From assembly GCA_024276825.1 (NCBI GenBank), contig JAJRWI010000069.1:1-64000 (forward strand): 64,000 nucleotides of DNA, given 5' to 3'. The translations under genes were made by a program, and so were the position numbers. Position 1 is the first letter of the stretch. Every line of letters begins with the position of its first letter. Under the pieces are notes generated by a model, which was given only the letters and a program-made list of their open reading frames with translations, did no database searches and was not told where the DNA came from. Origin of the DNA: an archaeon (lineage in GTDB: Archaea; Asgardarchaeota; Thorarchaeia; Thorarchaeales; Thorarchaeaceae). This document shows positions 30,017-41,900 of the stretch, one piece after another.

Positions 30017-30610
30017 TCAAGGCACTCTAAATGGTAATGAAGAAGTGCTGTCAGTGACAGACCTCATCTGTGAGTCCTTATGCTTTTGGATTGCCCGTGT
30101 TATCAATTGGGTGAATAAAGTGTTTACATTCTCACCTGTCTTAGCACTGGTTTCGAAATAGAGAACGTCCAGCCAGTTCTTAATCATTTCTCCTGCTTCG
30201 GGCGGAACAAGTCGATCGGCCCTGTCTATTTTATTGGCAACAACAGCCACGACAGCATTCGGACAAACGTTAATGAATTTCGTATACCACTCGCCAACAT
30301 CGAGAAATGTCTGAGGCCGAGTCACGTCAAAGACAATGATTGCCATGGAGGCACCAGCCATATAGCGTCGACGAAGTTCGTTGTAGGTCGGTTGGCCTGC
30401 CAGATCCCAAAGCACCACACGTGCGACCATCTTTCTACCTTCGGGAGTCTTGACTTCCAGTGTCTTGAGTGCAAAAGTTGTTCCGATGGTCATTATGTAT
30501 TTCTCACTAAAACTGTCCTCAGTAAAACGCTTGATGCAACTTGTCTTGCCTACAGCACCGTCACCCAGTGCAACAAGCTTGAACATGTGCGATATTGGCT
30601 CTGAGGACAC
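30017..30610 (-). CDS. Rab-like small GTPase
   Basis: GDGAVGKT, YIMTIG, WDLAGQ, NKID, ETSAK; no C-terminal Cys. Confidence 0.92.
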   Translation of the reverse strand: MSSEPISHMFKLVALGDGAVGKTSCIKRFTEDSFSEKYIMTIGTTFALKTLEVKTPEGRKMVARVVLWDLAGQPTYNELRRRYMAGASMAIIVFDVTRPQTFLDVGEWYTKFINVCPNAVVAVVANKIDRADRLVPPEAGEMIKNWLDVLYFETSAKTGENVNTLFTQLITRAIQKHKDSQMRSVTDSTSSLPFRVP

Positions 30611-30774
30611 TTGATATCAACCCTGAATTCTAGTTTTGGTTGGTACTTGTAGGAAAGTGGGGATTAACAGCATTTAATTATATTTGTTGTAGAGAATCAA
30701 GTTACCATAAATGAGTTATATCAAGCAAAGTATTTTTGCTTGTTATTTTCAATATTACATGACTGGTGATATCG

Positions 30775-31521
30775 ATGGCAGAGGAATTCATTAACCGATT
30801 AAGTCATATTGAGGAAAAGATCGACGCCCTTGGCGGCACCTTGAAACGGATGATTACAATTCTTGCAGCAATACCAGATCTCAAATCAGAAATCAAGCTC
30901 TCAAAGGAAGAGATAATTCAGACTGTTTCTGCTCAGTCGCCATTTGCCCCGTCTAGTGAAAAGGCCGATGAAACATTCAATCTTGTAAGAGCAGAATTGG
31001 CAAGTCTTGAGGAGAGAATGCAACAGAAGATTAGTGAGAGTATTGCGGGCCTTAGAGAGGAATTGAAAGGCATGCTCAATGAGATTATCGAGAAGATTCC
31101 AGAGGCCACTGAGGCTCCGCCTTTTGCACCTGTTTCAGAGAGCCCACCACCCGCGATTTCGGCAACTACAGTTACAACCACTCAAATGCCGGAACCCATG
31201 GTCGCTGAGAGTAGTGTTCCAGAAATGACTTCACGTGCATCATCTCTGCCTCCTGACAAAGCAATGAAGGTTGCAGATTATCTTGATGGTATCCTAAAAT
31301 CCTTGAAGATGGGCTGCAAAGCCAGCGATGTTCTGGAAATTATGACAGAGGCCAAGATGGAAATCACTAGGATTGTTGAGAGTGACCCAATCTTGATCAA
31401 GCTAGACAAATGGATTGGTCTTGTGGGAGCATATCCAAAGAGAAATGAGTTGAAAGCGAAAGATGTAATTGCTCTAAAGAAGGAGTTGCGTGCAGAGATC
31501 CCAAAATACAGACCTGCTTAA
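30775..31521 (+). CDS. Hypothetical coiled-coil protein with Pro/Thr-rich linker
   Basis: GGTGA SD; heptad repeats, PPFAPVSESPPP linker, helical C-terminal domain. Confidence 0.65.
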   Translation: MAEEFINRLSHIEEKIDALGGTLKRMITILAAIPDLKSEIKLSKEEIIQTVSAQSPFAPSSEKADETFNLVRAELASLEERMQQKISESIAGLREELKGMLNEIIEKIPEATEAPPFAPVSESPPPAISATTVTTTQMPEPMVAESSVPEMTSRASSLPPDKAMKVADYLDGILKSLKMGCKASDVLEIMTEAKMEITRIVESDPILIKLDKWIGLVGAYPKRNELKAKDVIALKKELRAEIPKYRPA

Positions 31522-31928
31522 TCATCATCGACAGGAACCGCATCAACCACAAGCTTGAGTGTGGCGAGTACACGAAGTACATCGGAGGAAGTGACAATGC
31601 CAATAACATCATGACCTTCAACAACCGGAAGGTGCTTTTGGCCACTCTGGTCCATTATTGCAATAGTCTGCCCGATATCTGCTTCAGGTGAGATAGTTGT
31701 GACAGGCTTGGTCATCACGTCTTTCAAAGACAGTGAGTGAAACACCTCATCAGATAGGAGAAGTGCACCCATAACATCACGTTCAGTCACAATACCTTCG
31801 AGTACATCATTACTAGTCACAATCAGACTGCCAATCTCTTCAGCCGCCATGAGCTTGATGGCTTCCACTAGTGGTGTGTCCTTGTCTACGGTTATTATCA
31901 TTGATGTCATAAACTCTCTTACTTGCAT
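31518..31928 (-). CDS. CBS-domain pair protein
   Basis: VREFMT...GIVTERD / KDVMT...HLPVV...GIVTSSD. Confidence 0.9.
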   Translation of the reverse strand: MQVREFMTSMIITVDKDTPLVEAIKLMAAEEIGSLIVTSNDVLEGIVTERDVMGALLLSDEVFHSLSLKDVMTKPVTTISPEADIGQTIAIMDQSGQKHLPVVEGHDVIGIVTSSDVLRVLATLKLVVDAVPVDDD

Positions 31929-31965
31929 ATAACATCCTCTGCCAGATTGAACTTTAAGTTGACTC

Positions 31966-32553
31966 TTACATCATTGGGGTTGAACCACCCATAAAGTCAA
32001 CAAGAATCTCCGCTAATCTTGTAAAAACGGTTTCTACTTGCTGTCCTGTCTTTGCACTGGTTTCGTAATACTCGGATTGGAACCAGTCTCTGAGCATCAG
32101 TCCCGGTTCTACTGGGACCATACGCTTATCTGAAAGATCGACCTTGTTCGCACAGATTATCAGTGGGGACTCGGGACATATCTCACGAAATAGTGAATAC
32201 CAGTTATTCATCGCCATAAAGGTTTCAGGACGAGTGACGTCGTAGATTAGCAAGGCGCCAGAGGCACCCTTTATGAACTGCCGCCTAAGTTCTCGATAAG
32301 TGGTCTGGCCACCCATATCCCATATGATGAGTCTAACGTTCTGAACATGACCATCAGGACGATGAAGAACCACATCCTTTTTCGAGAAGGTCGAGCCAAT
32401 GGTCTGTTTATATTCGGGGCTGAATGAACCATCAGTATATCTTCTAATCAAAGAAGTCTTGCCCACGCAAGTTTCACCAAGGGCAACTATTCTGAATTTA
32501 AAGCCATCAAATACTTCTCCATCGGCAGCGGAGTTGGAAGGGCCCCCACTCAT
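31966..32553 (-). CDS. Rab-like small GTPase
   Basis: GETCVGKT, YKQTIG, WDMGGQ, NKVD, ETSAK. Confidence 0.92.
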   Translation of the reverse strand: MSGGPSNSAADGEVFDGFKFRIVALGETCVGKTSLIRRYTDGSFSPEYKQTIGSTFSKKDVVLHRPDGHVQNVRLIIWDMGGQTTYRELRRQFIKGASGALLIYDVTRPETFMAMNNWYSLFREICPESPLIICANKVDLSDKRMVPVEPGLMLRDWFQSEYYETSAKTGQQVETVFTRLAEILVDFMGGSTPMM

Positions 32554-32630
32554 AAGATGTTCACCAAATTTTTTATCAGCAAATCTACATCATAGAATCA
32601 CTTCAAATGCATTCTTATATCTTTTCTGAG

Positions 32631-34292
32631 TTAATTAAACACTTTTGGAATTCGTAATTCAAAGGCCACAACAGGATAGATTATGTTGAAATTAGTAAGG
32701 ACCTCAGGGGACACCTCGCCAAAGTACCCCAGTTTTTCACCTTCTATCAGGATATCTGCAGACCTTCCATCAATGAATGAAACATCGTCGGATGCAGCAA
32801 ATTTGAACCTGCTGTCCAGTCCCATATTGCGTAATAAGAATCCAAGGTTGGTCATCAGTTCTGTCAGATTCACTTGGATGTCAGTGATCAATCCACACAC
32901 TGAAGACTGCTGACTTGACCTTGTTTCCATTGATTCATCAGGAGTCACAATATCACCAACTTCGAATATTCGAATTGGCAGGTCCGCATGTTGATTGCGT
33001 GCCACAAAGTCTAGTAGGATGGGGAGAATTGAGTTCCTTAATACAGAGAAATCACGACTCTTGGGATTGCCAGTGGTAATCAGCGGTTCATTTCTCAGCA
33101 TTTTGTCATTTAGCATTTCTGGCGAGCTCATGACAAAACTGAGTATTTCCTGATAACCCATACCTATCATGATATCACGAATCTTGTTCTTGATTCTCGT
33201 GGTGGGCAATACCTTACCTGCAGTCATCGTTGTTGGAAGAGTTGGTTCAAGATTATTGTAGCCATAGCCAATTGCCACATCTTCAATTAGATCAACAGGG
33301 TGCATGATGTCTGTTCGATAAGCGGGGACCCTGACCCTGAGTGTGTTTTTCTTTGCAACCCTAGCAGAATAACCCATCCGACTAAGACATTCAATCACAT
33401 CATTATCAGCAAATTCAATGCCTATGTATCTAGAGGTCATGTCAGTATCAAGGATCATCTCAATTGGAGCAAGGTCGGGGGTTTCATGGATAGTGCCATC
33501 AGGGTATTTTATGGTCACTGACTCAATGGAACCGCCACGTTCCGCAATGCTGGTTATCATTATGTTTAAGGCTTGCTTAACAGTGGGCAGGTGTGTGCCA
33601 GTGACTTCAACGAATATGTTTCGGGTACTAATATCGACCTGACCAAGTGTGTTGCTATTGATTATGGGCGGCAGACTGAGGATGTTTCCCGTGTCATCTG
33701 TCAACAGAGGCCATTTCCTAAAGTTAGAGATGATTGATCCGAACATCTGCCCCTTCTCATGGGTTTCAAGGATTTCGGGGCCATTCATGACCTCATCGTA
33801 TCCAAGAGGAGCAAATCTGATCTTTTCAGGAGTCTGAACAGTGTAATGAACAGGGAAAGTGATGTCATCATATACATAGAGACCAATGCTGGCCTTCTTA
33901 CGATTTCTGCCATGCGTAGTAGTCAGAGCCTCTTGAAGATGCATGTATCCTTTAATTATCTCATCAGAGGTCTTGACATCCTTGACAATTCCACATGCAA
34001 TGAATTCTCTGATCTTCTTCAAGCCCTTTGATACAATCACTTCATTTTTAGACTTCCTTACTGGATACTTTTTCAGACCAGTTTCGATGTTCAAGAATGC
34101 TCTAAGGGCCCGAGCCACACCTTCTGCTGAGAGCATGTCAGGGCGGTCAGGATTGATCTCCAACTCCATTATTCCCTCATCTATCCCCTCGACCTCAACC
34201 TTCAGCATGAACAGGGCATCCTCAAGTTTTTTGATACTCATCTTCCTTCCAGTCAATGCCAACAGATCTGTAATTCTACACTTGATGTTCAT
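32631..34292 (-). CDS. pheT: Phenylalanine--tRNA ligase beta subunit (archaeal type)
   Basis: NPDRPDMLSAEG, GRNRKKASIG, SLPPIINS, PAYRTDIMHPVDLIEDVAIGYG. Confidence 0.96.
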   Translation of the reverse strand: MNIKCRITDLLALTGRKMSIKKLEDALFMLKVEVEGIDEGIMELEINPDRPDMLSAEGVARALRAFLNIETGLKKYPVRKSKNEVIVSKGLKKIREFIACGIVKDVKTSDEIIKGYMHLQEALTTTHGRNRKKASIGLYVYDDITFPVHYTVQTPEKIRFAPLGYDEVMNGPEILETHEKGQMFGSIISNFRKWPLLTDDTGNILSLPPIINSNTLGQVDISTRNIFVEVTGTHLPTVKQALNIMITSIAERGGSIESVTIKYPDGTIHETPDLAPIEMILDTDMTSRYIGIEFADNDVIECLSRMGYSARVAKKNTLRVRVPAYRTDIMHPVDLIEDVAIGYGYNNLEPTLPTTMTAGKVLPTTRIKNKIRDIMIGMGYQEILSFVMSSPEMLNDKMLRNEPLITTGNPKSRDFSVLRNSILPILLDFVARNQHADLPIRIFEVGDIVTPDESMETRSSQQSSVCGLITDIQVNLTELMTNLGFLLRNMGLDSRFKFAASDDVSFIDGRSADILIEGEKLGYFGEVSPEVLTNFNIIYPVVAFELRIPKVFN

Positions 34293-34296
34293 TTGC

Positions 34297-35802
34297 TCAC
34301 CTCACGAAATAGGTACGACGTAGCCAATTGAGATCTCTAGTGAAGAGTTGTCGAATGTCCTTTATGTCAAGGGATGCCATATACATGCGGCCCGCCCCAA
34401 GGCCCCATGCAAGTACAGTGTTTTTAATTCCAAGAGGATATGTAACTTCTGGTCTGAATAGCCCACCAGGAGCGACTTCGATCCACCCTAAAACCTCGTG
34501 TTTGGCATAGCCCTCAATAGAAGGTTCTGTGAATGGGAATTGTCCGGGTTTCCATTTCATCTTCTTTAGTCCAACTCTTTTGCAAATCTCGCTGATGTAA
34601 CCCATCAGGTCTCTGAGTGTCAGATTGTGATCACTGATAATGCCTTCACATTGATTGAACTCTTGAGCATGGGTTGCACTAAGAGTTTCAGATCTAAAGT
34701 TTCGATCAATGATGAACATTTTCTGAGGAGGCTCTGGATATTCCCATAGATAACGCATAGAAACAGGAGTTGTGTGAGATCTCAATACAAGGCGGGTAGT
34801 CACTTCTCTTGAGAAGGGGGCTTTCCACCCGGTAGACCCCGTTTTGCCACCGTTTTCATGCGTTGCTTTGAGTTCCTTGAAATATCGTTCATCAGGGATC
34901 TCACCATGATCATAGGGAGATACAACTCGGAACTGGTCCTGAACATCACGTGCAGGATGATCCTGCGGCACAAATAATGCATCATTGTTCCAGAACTCGG
35001 TCTCCACGAATGGGCCGAACCATTCGTTGAACCCAAGACCTACAAGTATCTCCTTGAGCCAATCAATAAACTCTGCATAGGGGTGCTTCTTGCCATAGTT
35101 TGCAAAGGCGGGCTCAAGTTCAACATTAAAGGGTCGAAAAGTCTTCCCCTTCCAAGTGCCAGACATCAACATGTCCGAGGTAAGGTTAGCAATGCCTTCT
35201 GATGCTTTTGATAACATTGCCTGAATCTTGGAGCTCGATTCCTTTACTATCTCTGCGTGGAACACTTTGGTCTTTGTAATCTTGACTAGCTTCCTTTCAA
35301 TGGCCTGCTTTAGAAGCGCATTCATGTTTTTCGGGACTGCATTATTACTCTTGAGATGCTGTAGAAGGTCCCTTAGATTGGTTTCATGGCGGTCGCCCAC
35401 GACTTTCAGGTTTGGAGGACCAGCGCCCTTTTCGATCTGCAGGAGACCCTTACGCTTTGCCCAGTTCATTGCAATGCCTTTTTCTTGTTTAGAGAGCCCA
35501 GCTTCACTGACTGCGGAGTCCATTGAAGCAGAGCCGCCAAGTTTTTGTACTGCATCAAAAAGTCGAAATTCGGGGAGGTCATTCTCTGCATAGCTCAGAC
35601 CCTCATCAGTGAGAGAGTAGGATTCGAACTCATTAATGGTGAGTCTGATAAGGTCACGTTGGGCAAGCGAGTTGAGGATTGAGATTATTCGCTCCTCTTT
35701 CTGGCCAAGTGCTTCAGCAATCTCTCCTGCTGAAACAAGGCCATCTTTGCGCACGAGGTATTCAAGGACCTCTCTTTCACCTGTTGTCAACTGTTCGGAC
35801 AT
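34297..35802 (-). CDS. pheS: Phenylalanine--tRNA ligase alpha subunit (archaeal type)
   Basis: FWNNDALFVPQDHPARD, LRSHTT, EFNQCEG, FPFTEPS, GLFRPEV, AWGLG. Confidence 0.96.
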   Translation of the reverse strand: MSEQLTTGEREVLEYLVRKDGLVSAGEIAEALGQKEERIISILNSLAQRDLIRLTINEFESYSLTDEGLSYAENDLPEFRLFDAVQKLGGSASMDSAVSEAGLSKQEKGIAMNWAKRKGLLQIEKGAGPPNLKVVGDRHETNLRDLLQHLKSNNAVPKNMNALLKQAIERKLVKITKTKVFHAEIVKESSSKIQAMLSKASEGIANLTSDMLMSGTWKGKTFRPFNVELEPAFANYGKKHPYAEFIDWLKEILVGLGFNEWFGPFVETEFWNNDALFVPQDHPARDVQDQFRVVSPYDHGEIPDERYFKELKATHENGGKTGSTGWKAPFSREVTTRLVLRSHTTPVSMRYLWEYPEPPQKMFIIDRNFRSETLSATHAQEFNQCEGIISDHNLTLRDLMGYISEICKRVGLKKMKWKPGQFPFTEPSIEGYAKHEVLGWIEVAPGGLFRPEVTYPLGIKNTVLAWGLGAGRMYMASLDIKDIRQLFTRDLNWLRRTYFVR

Positions 35803-35820
35803 CTGGCACTCAAAACTCCT

Positions 35821-35956
35821 CTAGTCTGTTGCAATGAATGTACCGCATTTGGCGTCTGACATGAATCAGACAAAGTAGCCCATGGAATCAATAATGAAAT
35901 TGGCGGTACATCCAACCTTCACCTGAATATCAGAGGAGGGTATCGCATGTATAAAG
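35821..35956 (-). promoter_or_regulatory. pheS 5' leader: TATA box, SD, three tandem uORFs and a long-range stem
   Basis: CTTTATAC at 35956-35949; AGGTGA at 35924-35919; uORFs 35911-35888 (MYRQFHY), 35883-35866 (MGYFV), 35862-35821 (MSDAKCGTFIATD); inverted repeat 35838-35846/35903-35911. Confidence 0.55.
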
Positions 35957-35985
35957 ATATCGCTCATTAATTGTGGCTCATTCAA

Positions 35986-38900
35986 TCATTCATCCCAATC
36001 AGATGGTAGAGATTCAATAATGCGATTTAGACGCTTTCTAACAAATAGTCCGATTAATGGCAGGACCAGACCACCAGTAAATACAGGAGTTGTTGCAGCA
36101 TCAACCATCAGAGGAATTGGAGCGGACTCGATGACAATATTGAATGTGTCATGATAAGTGGCAATTGCGGGTATTCCAGAGATTGTAAGATTTATTGAAT
36201 AGACTCCTATCACCTCAGCATGAAATGTCAGAGATATGGAGCCCGTTGAGCCCACTACGATCTGTCCCAGTTGAGTTCTATTATCAGGTCTTGTGATCTT
36301 GTAACTCAAAAGCCCAGTCCATGACATATCAGGTCCCAGAATACTGATATTTAGGCATACTGTGCAGTTTGACCCAAGATACGGCGAGATGACCTCAGCA
36401 ACGAAAACATCAACAATTGGCTGGACTTTTATCATTCTCGTCTGATATGCTGGAGCAAAGTTGCTGTCACCATTGAATGAGAAGTTGAGGAGTATCAAGC
36501 CAGCAGGTAAGTCATGTAATTGAATAGTTGCAATGCCTCTAAAACTAGTAGGTATAGAGGTGTCAATAATACACATGCCTTCCAGAAACGCCTTGACTTC
36601 AATCTCAACATTGGATACCTTGGCAGTTGGTGATGATAGAGTAATAGTCGCTCTGACTGGGTTTCCGAAGGTGAACACCCAATCGACATCCACTTCCATG
36701 TCTGTCTGATATCGTGATAGTGTTGTAATCTGGAAGTCGCAACTGGAGATAAACTCATTGCCCTCATAAGAAACAACCAGCGAGTAATTACCAGTAAGCG
36801 TGGGGGTCCAGCTGACCTCTATAACTCCATCATTTGTTTCATACTTCGTGACTGATGACAATGGGCTACCGAGAATCTCATTGCCCAAGGGGTCGTAAAG
36901 GCTTATTGAAACATCGACCGAGTCCAGTGGGATGTCGAGTGAGTCTGTTATGATGAGTGAAATATATTGTTCATGACCAAGGATTCCATCAGCAGAAGCT
37001 TGCTGAATCATTATTTTCGAAACTGTTGTGATGTTGAATGTGAATTCGCCGTGTGTACCAATTCGGGTTGGCGTGTTGGCTACTGATATGCTCAGATGAT
37101 ATTGACCAACAGGTAATTTGAAAACTGACAACCCTGTCCAATTGTTGTCACTCATCAGACGGCTAGATACATCAATTGGATGTGTGCCATTCTCCAACAG
37201 AATTTCAATGTTCAATTGAGATGGTTCAATTGTTTCGCCCATTTCATTCAGGCATATTATTCGTACCGAAGCGTTCAGCGCCCGATCAAACGACTTGGGG
37301 GATTCAAAGGACACAGTAGTTGTTCCAAAGACGAACAGCTCTATTGCAGTGTTTGATGGATGATAATGAGCAGTGCCATTAAATATGAAGATGATTGAAT
37401 AGTTGCCCATATATGGAAATGTAAGATTGAGCTTTTCAGGCATATTACTAGATTGCATTAGTAGCCCGCCATTAACAGGACCAAACTCGGAGTGATAGAT
37501 AGAATAGCCAAGCGAGAACCCTTCAAGGGGAGCGTCATTGGAGTCGGTCAGTAATACAGAGAGAGAAACTACAGTTTCAGAGGCTATCACAGTATCTAGC
37601 TGGGCCTGCACATGAATAAGCGTGCCATATCTTGCGTCGATATTATCAGCCTCATTGCTGGAGAGATAGACACCTGCTCCATCAAAGCTAGCAATGATGG
37701 TCCAGAAACCCTGGTCGTTGATCGAAACAACCCAAGTCACATATCCAGATGAATTGGTTGTCAGGGTGACAGGGCCGATTGTCTTTGTCCCCGGACCAAT
37801 AATCTCAACAGTGAGGTCAAAGCCAGCCATGATAGAGTCCCAATAATCGGTCATTCGTACAACAATAGTGACAGTTTGACCAACTAGAATATCATAATTG
37901 GAAAGGGTGATGTTCAAGTTTATTGGACAGTAGACAGTATGGCTTGATTCGTGATATGCAGAGTGTACTGTGGTTGTTTCCTGGGACTGCAATTCAACGC
38001 GATACAGACCAGAAACTGATGGAGTAAATGTTAGATTAGCAGCCCCGTTTTCTAGCACCAGATTGATAGAATTCGACCATGTTCCAAGTTTGATTAGTAC
38101 ACCATAGGGGTCAGAAAGCCAGACCGTTACGGACACTCCAGATATGATGCCACCAAGGTCATCATGAGCTGAAATCAAGATGATCACATCATCCCCCAAA
38201 GATGGAGGGCTAGGCATGAATTGAACAGAGAGGCTGCAATTGGTCATGACAGTTAACTGAGTTTCCTGACTACCACCAATAGTGAAATATTCTTCATGGG
38301 GTTCAACTCTAAGTGTAAGCATTCCTGTAGTATGATTAGCAAAATATGTCATTCGGGCAGTGCCATTCTCATCAGTGATCGTAGTGCTAGACCATACAGG
38401 CAGAAGGTCTATGCCTAGAAGGGCAAAATCCACTTGAATATTAGAAACATCACTCTCAGCGGCCATCTGATAGACAAACTCAACTGATGTGAAGAGATCA
38501 ATATTATCAGCTGACAATGCAAGATTAGCTGACACCATTTCAAGGACCGATATATAGACATTAGTTGAATTCTCTAAGTAAAGGAATGATGGGCTATGGT
38601 AGATCATTATCCTTGCCAATCCGCGGGCCGCAGGAGTCCAGTGAGTCTGAGTTGTCCCATCATTACTTAGAAATACAGATTGAAAGACCAGTGTATCATT
38701 CATATAAATGGACATTGTCAGGTTTCTTCCAGAGATATATTGACCAAGTTTGTCGAGAATTCCAGTATCTATAGACAGGGTTTCGCCAAGAATAACTGAT
38801 GGTGCAACACTGAGTTTAAAGTTTGGCGTGACATAGACCTGCTGAATCTGAACAATCTCTGCAGGTGCATTCAGATCTGCACCCGGATAGGAAGCGGTTA

Positions 38901-41900
38901 TCATAAAGTCCCCAATATTATTGAATGTGTAAGATATAACGCATATGCCATCCGCATCAGTGATTAGTTCTGATGAGTAGATGACAGTTTCGTCAGAATC
39001 TCTTATTGAAAAAGACACTTCCGAATTGCTCAGCGGAACCCCTTGCCAATTTATTAGAGAGATTATGATACCCCGTGTGGAAGTCTGTATTAGCGGCGAA
39101 GTTGGATTAATGTTTATCTCAGTAATGCCAAGTACAGTTTTGGATATTTGGTTAGTAGAGCTCAACAGAAAGTCTTGAGAGTCGAAAGTTGAAATGACAG
39201 ATAAAGTGCCGGGATGCGAGAGTGTGAAGCTGATAATGATAATGCCATGTTCATTTGTTATGTCTGTATTATCGAAAAAGATCTCGCCATCCAAGAATAA
39301 CTGAGTTGATATACTCATATTAAAAACTGGATATCCCAGAGAGTCAACCAGTTGCACTTGAAGTGTTGCATTATCAACTGCTCTTAGAGGGCCATCCCAT
39401 TCGATAAGGAGTGCTGATGACTCACAGACCTCCACCAAATTTATTGAGCTGGCAGATTCATACCACAATTGACGAGAAGATGATGTATTGATTATTATTG
39501 AACCACGAACATCCGGAGTCCAAGAAACATTCAGATGACCATCGTCATCTGTTAGGCCCGAAATACTTAGTCCTTGGGTTGTGACATTGACAAGAATGTT
39601 CGTGACAGGAGTGCTGAGATGATTTGTGGCAAGAACATCAATCCATGATTGAATGCCAACCTGCAGATTCGTGCCCACTTCGACTGTGAGCATCAGTGGG
39701 ATATAGGTGTCTGTGTTTTTAGCGATAGAGGCAGACCCGCGAGATATGCTTCCTTCATAGATTGACTCTATCTTATACGAGCCAGCTGTGTCAGGAGTCC
39801 AGTTGTAGGCTATTGTTCCGTCCTGAGAAGTGGTCAATGTGATGTTGATTATTTGCGTTGAGGGCAAGTATGTGATTATCAAGATGAGTGTTTCTGATGA
39901 AAGAGAATAGTTCATCGAGTCCAACAGCCGTGCACCTATTAGGTAGGACTGATCTACGAGGGTATCAGATGGAATGCCGGTTAGTTGAAGATTGCTTGAA
40001 CTCCATGAAACTATATTATCATTTGAATCACAGAATTGAAGATGCAGAGTTCCAGCAAAGTTGGCATTGATTGAGTAGACACCATTCTCGCCAAGATAGA
40101 TTGTGAACTCAATTTGTCCATTGATGTCTGTAATTAAGTAGTCATCCATGATGATAGCTCCCGTCGGAGATCTAACATTGATGAGAATCTGTTCATCAGA
40201 TAGATTCTCCCCAGACAGGGTGGAGAGGGTGAGATTTACTGTGATGTTCGAATATTGGTTCTGTGATTCAACATTCTGCCAAGTTATCCGAGTTGGCTCT
40301 GAAACAATTATATCCCCACTGAATTCTGAGGACTCAATCGTTCCATTTCGGGAGAACAGAAGCCTGTAGGTGAAGGTCCCACGCGTATCAGGGGTCCAAT
40401 TGAAAGTACTGACACCCTCTATTGACTTGTCGCTTGCAGAGTACACAAGAGTAGATCCATAATAGACCTCAAAATTCACAGTCTGAGAGGCGATAAACGA
40501 GCCATTTTCTTGAAAGTGCAATGACCAGTTCACTATTGCTGATGTGGATAGTTCCGAATAAACCACGCTGTCCGCAACGAAATATGTGGGCCTAGGGGCA
40601 TTAAGAACAATAGGCTCGCTGATAAGTAGAGATTCACACCACGCCCTATCAAGTATGACATTTAAATCGTAATTTCCCTCTGTAAGGTCACTGGTGGGGA
40701 TCTCAATGTTGAATGATGAAACCTGATCGTAATAGTACCATTCCTTATAGAATGATTGATTTCCGACTCTAACAGTCAAATTCGTTGGACCTGCTGGTTT
40801 GCCTGTATCAAGAGCCCATGTGACTGTTGAGTTAATCATATCGCCAATGAGAGCAGATGAGTTGAACACTTCCAGTGATCCATTCAATGAACCTGTAGTG
40901 TTTACTTCGGTCCTTGCGAATGCCCGACAATCACCGTAGTCATTCAACATTATAGAGATGTTAGAGGAACCCAAGACATCTTGAGTTTGTGGGACTTGGA
41001 TGATTAGAGTGTCACTGTTAGCTACATTATCAAACTTGAATATTTCATTGAATGCAGATACTTGAACAGTGTGCGAAACTTTGGTTGAATTAATTGAGAT
41101 ATCAATTGACAACCCTTGTCCAATATGTGAATAACCGACTGATGTGATTGCAATGTTCTGTCCTGTAGGTTTCATCAATCTTAACCTGAGCCCAAGAATT
41201 GAAACCATTTCCAATACATCAGCTGTAAAGACTGGCTGCCAGAAATCTGTCGAGTTGAACCAGCCATCGATAAAACTATTCTGCAGGAGATCTTCTATCA
41301 GCGAGATGTTGAATATATCTAGGCTAATTGTGAACGAGGAGTTTAGTAGGGCTATTGTTGCCACATCACGGGATAGGGCCCACAGATCATCATATTGTAC
41401 CCTATTCGCTATCACTGATGCAATCTCGTTAGCCATTGCAGTGGTAATCAGATCAAGACGTAATGCAGTTCTTGTAGATAGATAGTCTATGGCAGACTGC
41501 TTTTTGGCGAATGGAAGTATAGTCCATGATTGAGAAGACCATCTTCCACTCTGATACTCGTTCATGACTGCAGATTCAAGTTGTGTTCTATAGGATATGG
41601 AATCAAGACCATCTAGAAGGTTCAATGCTTCAATAGCAGCAACAGAGTACTGCATTGATGGTGTCCAGATGAACGAGTCCATGGGTCTGAAATGTCCCGA
41701 TGATGCTTGACATTGTTGAATCTGTGATATAGCTGAAGTTCGCATTGCATTATCGAGAATAAATCCACAGGCGTTGGTCAGTTCAACGCCGAACAATTGA
41801 GACCACACACTTAGATCAAAATACTGAGTTGATGAGATATACGAGGCATATTCTTGAGGAACATGTGTTGTGATATTGACCAGATCAGGATATTCTGACC

